Origin: Gemmatimonadota bacterium
Lineage (GTDB): Bacteria > Gemmatimonadota > Gemmatimonadetes > Longimicrobiales > Gaopeijiaceae
DNA: 64,000 bases
Direction: 5' to 3'
Assembly: GCA_029863525.1 (NCBI GenBank)
Contig: JAOTVL010000004.1
Coordinates: 291-64,290 of the forward strand
Below the pieces are notes generated by a model, which saw only the letters and a list, made by a program, of their open reading frames with translations, did not search any database and was not told where the DNA came from. The translations under genes were made by a program, and so were the position numbers. Shown in pieces: positions 56,804 through 64,000 of this stretch (position 1 is the first letter of the stretch; every line of letters begins with the position of its first letter).

Positions 56804-58630
56804 TCACCCGTTCCCCGCGTCGTCTTGGCCCTCGGGTCCGGCCGCAGCCAGCCTATCGAGCTCGTCCCGAAGCCCTTCTAGAAACGGTCTGAACGGCTCC
56901 AGAATCGTCGGATCCTGCCTCGCCCGAGCAACGATCCAGTCTGCGAACGAGAGCTTCGTGTTCGGGTCAACCCGGAGAATCCAAAAGCGCTGTGGATCAG
57001 TCGATGGGGGGAGGTGCTCTTGAATCGCGGCATACCACTTTGAATCCAACAGCTCATCATGGGGAATCGTCGTCAAGGCCAGCGCCCCGTCCGTAACGGC
57101 CTCTGCCCGGAGCGCAGGCTCGAACATGTTCTCCAGGCTGCCTGGCCAAGCTGCCTTGTTGATCCCCTTTGACGTCATGTAGGTCGACAACGAGGTGAGG
57201 AACGGCAACCGGCACCAATAGACACGGTTCGAGTTGTGCCGCACCCATTTCCCACCGTCTCCTAGACGACGGTCCGAGTATAGCTGCCGCCCAGCGTGGT
57301 CATTATCGACCAATGCCATAACGGTTCGTGCTGGCGCCAACCGATTGATCACCTGACCATCCCGGCCCAGGCTTTCCATCTTCGTAGTGCCAGACGCGTC
57401 CTCGATGTCGAACGGGCGCTCCCCTCCGATCAAGACATCCCAGGCAGCGGTGATCACGCGCCGGTCCGACTCGCCCTCAACAAAGAGAATCGAGCGGTCT
57501 CGCTCCGCCAGCTGCGCTGCCAGGCCCTGGCTCACCTCTCTCAGATCTTCTATGCGACCGTGCGCTTCCGCGAGATAGGAGCTGATCACCGGCAAGTGTG
57601 GAGTCTCGCCCATTAGTTGCCCCGGCGCCTCATCGCCGGAGATCGCCCTCAGGGTCGACGTCAGTCGACCGCTCCGCTCTTCACTTCGCGACACGAAGTA
57701 GCGTTTGGCATCGTCTTCACGGAGCGCGAAGAAGGCAGGGCTGTGGCTGGTCAGGAAGATCTGTTTGTTGCGCGCCCGACCGTGCTCGCAGAACTGCTCC
57801 GCCTCGTCGATCGCGTTAGCCAGCTCAAGCGAATTCTCGGGCTCCTCGAAACCCCAGATGTGATAATCCTCGGCACCGCGATCACTCAGGAACGCAAGAA
57901 TGGCGGGGATGTGTCTTACCTGGATACCGTCCCCTCTTTGGAGCGTGAGGCTGTACGAATCGCCCTGCTCGGTGTTGGTCTCGAAATCCAACGATCTAAA
58001 CAAGTCTGACAGATCATCGGGAGGTGAGATCACGCTCTTCACGTCCAAGGCTGACAGCAGGCCTTGTGTGAGTTTCTCGGTACGCTCTTGCAGGGCGCCA
58101 GCGAAGTCGGCGAGAGATGCGGTGAACTGTTCTTGACTCGCGACTACTTCATAGATCTGGGCAAGTAGCTGTTCGAAGATTCGCCGGTCCTTAATGGCAG
58201 GGATGTAGTGGAACCGGACTTGGTTAAGGAACCGGGTGAGGTACTGATACTTGCTTGGATCGCCAATCGAATGACTCACGACCGGGTCACCCTGCCGCGT
58301 AACGCTCCACTGTTTCCGGACCCAGAACTCCCGTCCAAGGGAAGGACGATAGGACGCAGGCGTGGTGAACCACACCTTCACGTAAACGAACTTCCGAATG
58401 TTCTTAGTTGGGTCCGCCTCGGCCCGCCGTGCGTGGCAGAAATCACGCTCGAACGAGAAGGGCTGTCCCGGGTTCGTATGCCCATTGAAAAACAGATTCA
58501 ATGCCCGGAGCACATTGCTCTTGCCCGCGTCGTTTCGGCCAAATAGGACCGTGGTCCCCAGGGGCCGGTCCACTGTTTCCTTGTAAATGGATCGGAAGTA
58601 CGCGATCTCAAGTCTTCGGATTAGCTGCAT
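56804..58630 (-). CDS. OLD-family / PARIS-like ABC-type ATPase fused to a Toprim nuclease domain (candidate anti-phage defense protein)
   Basis: The ATG at 58630 gives MQLIRRLEIAYFRSI... Walker A GRNDAGKSNVLRAL; Walker B/D-loop IWGFEEPENSLE; H-loop FLTSHSP. C-terminal Toprim: ILFVEGESDRRVI ... ALVDNDHAGRQ. Confidence 0.75.
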   Translation of the reverse strand: MQLIRRLEIAYFRSIYKETVDRPLGTTVLFGRNDAGKSNVLRALNLFFNGHTNPGQPFSFERDFCHARRAEADPTKNIRKFVYVKVWFTTPASYRPSLGREFWVRKQWSVTRQGDPVVSHSIGDPSKYQYLTRFLNQVRFHYIPAIKDRRIFEQLLAQIYEVVASQEQFTASLADFAGALQERTEKLTQGLLSALDVKSVISPPDDLSDLFRSLDFETNTEQGDSYSLTLQRGDGIQVRHIPAILAFLSDRGAEDYHIWGFEEPENSLELANAIDEAEQFCEHGRARNKQIFLTSHSPAFFALREDDAKRYFVSRSEERSGRLTSTLRAISGDEAPGQLMGETPHLPVISSYLAEAHGRIEDLREVSQGLAAQLAERDRSILFVEGESDRRVITAAWDVLIGGERPFDIEDASGTTKMESLGRDGQVINRLAPARTVMALVDNDHAGRQLYSDRRLGDGGKWVRHNSNRVYWCRLPFLTSLSTYMTSKGINKAAWPGSLENMFEPALRAEAVTDGALALTTIPHDELLDSKWYAAIQEHLPPSTDPQRFWILRVDPNTKLSFADWIVARARQDPTILEPFRPFLEGLRDELDRLAAAGPEGQDDAGNG

Positions 58631-58891
58631 TCTCTGTCGCGCCTTCGCCGACCCGAAGCTTGTGTCCTGGCCGACTCTGAATCCCACCCCAGGTTCCCAG
58701 ATGTAAGCCGCAACGTACGAGGATTGCGACGCTACTCGACACCCCAATGGCTGATCGCCCAAGCGCTAACAGCGCCTGCAACCTCTCAGGGCCCGCACAT
58801 CGAGTGGACCGTGAACCGCAGCGGTGGAATGGCTACCAGTGGGACAACCTGACCCAAAGCCTGACCCAACCCGCCCGCAACCGGCGGACAC

Positions 58892-58928
58892 AGAAAAACC
58901 GGGAGCCCGCATCTTCCGCGGACTCCCG
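58892..58928 (-). terminator. rho-independent terminator downstream of tRNA-Lys
   Basis: Minus strand reads CCGGGAGTCCGC-GGAAGAT-GCGGGCTCCCGG followed by TTTTTCTGTG. Confidence 0.75.
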
Positions 58929-58933
58929 GCCTA

Positions 58934-59006
<73 letters not shown>

Positions 59007-59139
59007 GTTCACCCTTCGCGTACAAGCGATCGGGAGCCTTGAAAGCTACCGGTGGGCGCCCGAGGGTCAACCTCGGGGGTCGCGTCGCACAGTCCGATAC
59101 CGCCCTATCTGGCGGGCCCCTCACGATCTTCGCCTTCGC

Positions 59140-59331
59140 GAAGCCGCGGCCGAGCATCGGTTGAACGCCCAGCACGTCGAAGATCTGATGCGATGCGCTG
59201 GCCGCCGAGATCTGCACCGGCTCGGCGTCCGTTACCAGCGCGACGTCGTCATCGGGGACGACCGCGAGCGCGTCGAGGGAGCGCGGGCGCTCGACGTAAG
59301 GCAGGTATGTCGCCTCGGAGTGACGGATCAA
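59140..59331 (-). pseudogene. internal fragment of an ADOP/FtsX-type permease (periplasmic-loop segment only)
   Basis: ...RSLDALAVVPDDDVALVTDAEPVQISAASASHQIFDVLGVQPMLGRGF parallels ...LEGLAAYQ...VQGANVTPNTFSLLRTPPTIGRGF of the intact permease at 24927-27626. It has no TM modules and junk on both sides. Confidence 0.4.
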
Positions 59332-59587
59332 GGAAACCTCGGACCGCCGCGATCACGGCCGTCAAACGCGTCCGTCCCGTTCCCCATCGTCGTGTCAGCG
59401 AGCCGCTCCACGCCTGTCTCTCGGAGCTCGCAGGCCGGAGAATTCGCCTCGAGCGTTGCCCGACGGGTCGGCCGGAGCGATCGTGCGCCGACATCCTTGT
59501 CGCATCCCGTTCCGAGGGTTCTTGCAAGGCCGCTTGGTGGCCTGTCGGCCAACCCGAACGGGCTCCCATGAAGCAGAGAACGAACCC

Positions 59588-62500
59588 ATGAGCACGAAGT
59601 CCGCAGCGCGATCGCGTGTCCTGATCTTGATCCTCGCCCTCGGCGCTCAACCCTTGGGCACTCATTCCCTCAGCGGACAGACCGCCGAGCAGAACGACAG
59701 CTCTGCCAGAGCGGCCCGGCGTTCCAATTCACTGCCGCTGATTCCGACACGCATCCTCGAGTTCACGACCGACGAAGGAACGTGGATCTCGCTCGACGTC
59801 TCACCTGACGGACGGACCATCGTCTTCGAGCTGCTGGGTGACCTGTACACGATCCCCATCTCGGGCGGTAACGCGACCCGCATCACGAGCGGTCAGGCGT
59901 ACGACATGCAGCCGCGCTATTCGCCTGACGGATCGCTGATCGTCTTCGTCAGCGACCGGGACGGGTCGGAAAACCTCTGGGTAGCCAATGTCGATGGCAC
60001 CGATGCCCACCAGCTCACCGACGATGAGCGCGAAAGCTACATGTCGCCCGTATGGACGCCGGACGGGCGGTACGTGATGTCGACCAAGGGGACCCAACAG
60101 TGGCTGTATCACGTCGACGGAGGCTCCGGTGTACAGGTTACCGGGCACCGCGAGGAGGGCGGCCCGACCCCACCGGCTTACTTCGGCGCGGCGTTCGGTC
60201 CGGATGATCGCTACGTCTGGCTGAACGTGCGCGGTGACGTCGGGGGCGGACTGCGGGCGGACATCGATCCGTGGAAGGACGACTTCGGTCCCGACCATAC
60301 GACGCGAAGCTCAGCTCGCGAGATCGGGCCATTTCAGATCGGGATGCTCGACCGCGAGACCGGTCAGGTTCTGCTAAGGACGCACGAGCACACCGGTGCG
60401 TTCAGGCCGATGCCGAGCCCGGACGGCCGATGGCTCGCATATGCGACGCGCTTCGATGACCGCGAGGCGCTCAAGCTGCGCGATCTGGCGACCGGTGAGG
60501 AGCGGTGGCTGGTAATGGACGTGCAGCGCGACGAGTCGCAGGGAGGCGGCACGCGCGACCGCGACGTGTATCCCGGCTCCGCATGGCTACCCGATGCGAG
60601 CGCGCTCGTCACGTTCTATGGCGGGAAGATCATGCGAGTGGAAGTGCCGTCGGGTGACGCGTCGGAGATTCCGTTCCGAGCCGAGGTGGAGCAGGAGCTC
60701 GGTCCGCTGGCGCTGTTCGACTACCCCATCGACGACCGCCGGCTGACGGTCTCCCAGATTCGGGGGGCTCGCCCCTCTCCCGACGGAAGACGACTCGCCT
60801 TCACCGCGCTGGACCGGCTCTGGATCGCGGACCTGCCCGAGCCGGCGGGGACGCAAGACGAGGGCTTCCCGGTCATCTCCGACGCCGAGCGGCTCACCGA
60901 ATCGACCGAAATCGAACACGCCCCGGTCTGGTCGCCGGACGGACGTCATGTCGCGTACGTGACGTGGAACGACTCCGCCGGCGGGGACATCTGGCGCATA
61001 CGCTCCGATGGTAGCGCCGGCCCCGAGCGCCTGACGACGACGTCGGCGTTCTACGACAAGTTGGCCTACTCGGGCGACGGCTCGCGCATCGTCGCCGCGC
61101 GGGGCTCGAGAATGCACCGCATGCGCACGCTCGAGGATTTCGGCTCTCACAGCGCCACCGCCGAACTCGAATACGTCTGGCTCCCCGCGGGGGGCGGTGA
61201 GCCGCAGCGGATCGCGTGGGTCGGGAGCGGCGCGACCCAGCAAGGTCGCAACGCTCCCCATGCCGGCCCCGACCCCGACCGCATCTACGCGTGGGCGGGC
61301 GCGGAGGGATTGCTCTCCATGCGCTATGACGGCACAGACGTCCGGACACTCGTGAAGGTGACGGCGCCCGGGCGTCCCGGCCCGGGCAACGCGCCGACAC
61401 CCGACGAGGTCGTGCTCTCGCCGGACGGTTCGCGCGCGATCGTCCGAGCAAACCGCAACGTCTATCTGATCACGGTGCCGCCGGTCGGTGGGGAGGCGCC
61501 AACCGTGTCCGTAGCCGCCTCGTCGTCCGTGCCGACCCGCCGCCTGACCACCGTCGGCGGCGACTTCATCGGGTGGAATCAGGACGGGTCCACCGCCTAC
61601 TACTCGATCGGGCGGTCCTTCTTCTCGTACGACATCGCGACGGCCGACTCCCTCATCGCGGATTCGGTCGCGGTCGCACGTGCCGAGGCTGCGTCTCCAG
61701 CAGACGAGGAGGAGGCCGAAGAAGCCACCGACGAGGATGAGGCCGAAAGCGAGGACGAGGGCAGACCCGTGTACGAGGCCGCTCGCGTCGACGTGGAGAT
61801 CGTCGTCCAGAAAGACCGGCCCGAGGGTGTCATCGCGCTCACCAACGCGCGACTGATCACCATGCGCGGCCGGGAGGTCATCGATCAAGGAGACCTGGTC
61901 GTGACGGACAACCGGATCACGCAGATCGGCCCCAGCGGAACCGTCTCGATCCCGCCGGGGGCCGTGGTGATGGACATGTCGGGCAAAACCATCTATCCGG
62001 GTCTCGTCGACATCCATGCGCACACGTGGGTCGCTTGGGGTGTCCACCGCAGCCAGATCTCGCAGTTCCTGGCGCAACTCGCCTACGGTGTGACCACGCA
62101 GCGAGATCCGCAGACTTCATCGGAGGACGTGGTCACCTACGGCGATCTGGTCGAAACGGGAGAGATCATCGGGCCGCGCATTTACTCCACCGGGCCCGGC
62201 ATCTTCGGGGCGGACCAGATCTCGAGTCTGGCCGACGCGCGTAATGTGCTTCGACGGTACTCTGACCATTTCAACACCCAGACGATCAAGCAGTATTTGG
62301 CGGGCGACCGGAAGATCCGACAGTGGGTTATCATGGCGGCGAACGAGCTCGGGCTGACTCCGACCACGGAGGGTGGCTCGAACTTCACCATGAACATGAC
62401 GCTCGCCCAGGACGGTTACGCGGGACTCGAGCACTCGCTGCCGATCAGTCCCTTCTACCGAGATGTGGTGGAGTTGGGAGCGTTCAGCCGGATGGTCTAC

Positions 62501-63064
62501 ACCCCGACCTTTATCGTGGCCTACGGTGGGCCCTCGGGTCGTCAGTACTACCTGACCCGCGTCGACCTGGACAATGATGCCCGGCTCAAGCGCTTCACCC
62601 CGCACGACGAGCTCGACAAGTGGAAACAGACCACCTGGCACCGAGCCGATCAGTACCCGCACGTGCAGCATTCCGAGTCGCTCGTGCGTTGGATGGAGGC
62701 GGGCGGTCAGGCAGGACTCGGTTCGCACGGCGAGGTCCAGGGCCTGGGCACGCATTGGGAGCTCTGGATGATGGCGTCCGGGGGCATGGACCGTCACACG
62801 GCCCTGCAAATGGCCACGCTCATGAGCGCGGACGCGATCGGGTTGGACGGCGACATCGGATCACTCGACGTGGGCAAGCTGGCCGACCTGCAGATCCTGA
62901 ACTCCGACCCCCTCGACGACCTGGAGAACTCGGTCGACATCGCGTACGTGATGAAGAACGGCCGGCTGTACGAGTCGCTCACCCTCGACGAGGTCTGGCC
63001 GCGCCAGCGCTCTCTTCCGACGCAGTGGTGGTGGCGCCTGGAGCCATCGGGCGAGGGCAACTGA
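59588..63064 (+). CDS. secreted TolB-like (PD40 beta-propeller) protein fused to an amidohydrolase domain
   Basis: The ATG at 59588 gives a signal peptide (MSTKSAARSRVLILILALGAQPLG). PD40 repeats (SPDGRTIVFE, YSPDGSLIVFVSDRDG, WTPDGRYV, PSPDGRWLAY, WSPDGRHVAY). C-terminal amidohydrolase with YPGLVDIHAHT. Confidence 0.88.
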   Translation: MSTKSAARSRVLILILALGAQPLGTHSLSGQTAEQNDSSARAARRSNSLPLIPTRILEFTTDEGTWISLDVSPDGRTIVFELLGDLYTIPISGGNATRITSGQAYDMQPRYSPDGSLIVFVSDRDGSENLWVANVDGTDAHQLTDDERESYMSPVWTPDGRYVMSTKGTQQWLYHVDGGSGVQVTGHREEGGPTPPAYFGAAFGPDDRYVWLNVRGDVGGGLRADIDPWKDDFGPDHTTRSSAREIGPFQIGMLDRETGQVLLRTHEHTGAFRPMPSPDGRWLAYATRFDDREALKLRDLATGEERWLVMDVQRDESQGGGTRDRDVYPGSAWLPDASALVTFYGGKIMRVEVPSGDASEIPFRAEVEQELGPLALFDYPIDDRRLTVSQIRGARPSPDGRRLAFTALDRLWIADLPEPAGTQDEGFPVISDAERLTESTEIEHAPVWSPDGRHVAYVTWNDSAGGDIWRIRSDGSAGPERLTTTSAFYDKLAYSGDGSRIVAARGSRMHRMRTLEDFGSHSATAELEYVWLPAGGGEPQRIAWVGSGATQQGRNAPHAGPDPDRIYAWAGAEGLLSMRYDGTDVRTLVKVTAPGRPGPGNAPTPDEVVLSPDGSRAIVRANRNVYLITVPPVGGEAPTVSVAASSSVPTRRLTTVGGDFIGWNQDGSTAYYSIGRSFFSYDIATADSLIADSVAVARAEAASPADEEEAEEATDEDEAESEDEGRPVYEAARVDVEIVVQKDRPEGVIALTNARLITMRGREVIDQGDLVVTDNRITQIGPSGTVSIPPGAVVMDMSGKTIYPGLVDIHAHTWVAWGVHRSQISQFLAQLAYGVTTQRDPQTSSEDVVTYGDLVETGEIIGPRIYSTGPGIFGADQISSLADARNVLRRYSDHFNTQTIKQYLAGDRKIRQWVIMAANELGLTPTTEGGSNFTMNMTLAQDGYAGLEHSLPISPFYRDVVELGAFSRMVYTPTFIVAYGGPSGRQYYLTRVDLDNDARLKRFTPHDELDKWKQTTWHRADQYPHVQHSESLVRWMEAGGQAGLGSHGEVQGLGTHWELWMMASGGMDRHTALQMATLMSADAIGLDGDIGSLDVGKLADLQILNSDPLDDLENSVDIAYVMKNGRLYESLTLDEVWPRQRSLPTQWWWRLEPSGEGN

Positions 63065-63075
63065 GGGAGCGGGGT

Positions 63076-63675
63076 CTAGACGGATCGCTCGACGCGGTGC
63101 TGTGCTACGAGCTCATGGACTTCGGGCGAATAGCGGATACGCACGCCGTCCTCCTGACCCGAGCCAGCGACGAAGCGAGGGCGGGGACACCGGCTGTACG
63201 CCGATTTGATCATGGCCCATCCCTCGAAGACCGCCCAGGCGCAACACAGGAGGCCCAGGCCGGCGCCTCCGAGGCTGACCGCCAGCCAGGAGAGTCTCAT
63301 CTCGACCTGGAGGGCGGTCCCCACCGTGATGGAGGACGAGATCAGCCAGCCCAGCGGCAGAAGCAGGATCGCCACCCCTGCGCCGATCAACGATCCGCGC
63401 AGCGCCTCGCCGCGGCTGACGTCAGGTCCCCGACCGGTGAGCGCGAGAACGCAGCCCAGCACGACCCCGACGGTGCTCCCCACGAGGAAGAGCGCGGGAG
63501 CGAGCAGCAGATGAAGCCCGGGGCCGCCGAGGCCCGCCAGGGCCAGCGCACCAATGAGGAGACCGCCTCCGAGTATGCCGCCCGCGAGGGTCCACGAGAC
63601 CACGACCCGCCCCACCGAGCCGGCTGGCCCGGTGAACGTCCGCTCGAGGACCCGTTTCCAACGCGCTTCGGCCAC
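63076..63675 (-). CDS. hypothetical polytopic membrane protein
   Basis: 199 aa with 4-5 Gly/Ala/Leu-rich TM helices. I recognised no family motif. Confidence 0.6.
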   Translation of the reverse strand: MAEARWKRVLERTFTGPAGSVGRVVVSWTLAGGILGGGLLIGALALAGLGGPGLHLLLAPALFLVGSTVGVVLGCVLALTGRGPDVSRGEALRGSLIGAGVAILLLPLGWLISSSITVGTALQVEMRLSWLAVSLGGAGLGLLCCAWAVFEGWAMIKSAYSRCPRPRFVAGSGQEDGVRIRYSPEVHELVAQHRVERSV

Positions 63676-63873
63676 GACACACCCGCGTCACGCACTTCAG
63701 CCGCGGACGATACGACCCGACGATTCGAACGCACGAACCGCGGCGCTGACGATCTATGTCGATCCCGCATCCGGGAATCGTAGCCGACGTGTCGGTAACA
63801 CTTCCTGCAAGATGAGCCGAGCGTGCCGCGCCGCGCTGTCGGGGTGGGGCCGAAGGCTTTGTGGGAGGACCCC

Positions 63874-63999
63874 CTACGCGCCCTCTGCCCCGAACACATC
63901 GGGGCGCAGGACATCGAGGATGTAGGCGGCCACGGCGTCGACCTGCCGCGTCGTCAGCCCCCCGTCGCCGAAGACCGGCATGCCCGTCTCGTGCCCGAC
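63874..63999 (-). CDS. C-terminal fragment of a c-type cytochrome-like protein (5' end outside the window)
   Basis: Minus strand reads VGHETGMPVFGDGGLTTRQVDAVAAYILDVLRPDVFGAEGA then a stop. MP-x-F...L-x-x-x-Q-V-D-A-V-A-A-Y-I resembles the distal Met-ligand end of class I cytochromes c. Confidence 0.45.
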   Translation of the reverse strand, partial: VGHETGMPVFGDGGLTTRQVDAVAAYILDVLRPDVFGAEGA

Positions 64000-64000
64000 G

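Overview
High-G+C bacterial chromosomal segment. The gene content (ADOP/FtsX permease with PadR, sortilin/BNR proteins, a TolB-amidohydrolase fusion, ECF sigma factors paired with Ser/Thr kinase-TPR proteins, a PEP-CTERM signal) suggests Gemmatimonadota or a related phylum; this is inference only. I saw no rRNA, CRISPR array, transposase or integrase. The window has four blocks. (1) 0.6-18.5 kb is an exopolysaccharide-type locus: NodB deacetylase, acyltransferase-3, a TPR protein with a putative barrel, a BcsB-like protein and a processive GT2 synthase. It is wired to a phosphorelay (hybrid histidine kinase with 2 REC domains and HPt, a REC::PIG-L deacetylase fusion, an ATP-grasp enzyme, an NtrC-type activator, and a PAS/degenerate-GGDEF/EAL protein). 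An AT-rich intergenic region at 8.66-9.02 kb carries two divergent near-consensus sigma-54 promoters. Three translationally coupled small ORFs sit between the EAL gene and the synthase genes. (2) 18.6-32 kb is housekeeping or envelope functions: BNR/sortilin protein, M20 amidohydrolase, Na/Pi-PhoU, PadR with an ADOP permease, and an Mla/MCE transporter. (3) 32-51 kb is signalling: membrane-anchored TPR proteins, two ECF-sigma plus Ser/Thr-kinase-TPR modules, tandem RCC1-repeat lipoproteins, and remnants of a split gene. (4) 52-59.3 kb has visibly lower G+C and ends at tRNA-Lys(CTT). It holds an LVIVD-repeat lipoprotein, a truncated XRE gene, a Big_2 lipoprotein, a tRNA-like gene with a non-canonical anticodon arm, a PEP-CTERM remnant and a single-gene OLD/PARIS-like ABC-ATPase::Toprim protein (candidate defense gene). 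A TolB-like amidohydrolase follows. Many long Arg/Gly/Pro-rich ORFs in the track are antisense shadows of real genes and were not called. All functional calls come from motif recognition by eye; no searches were run.
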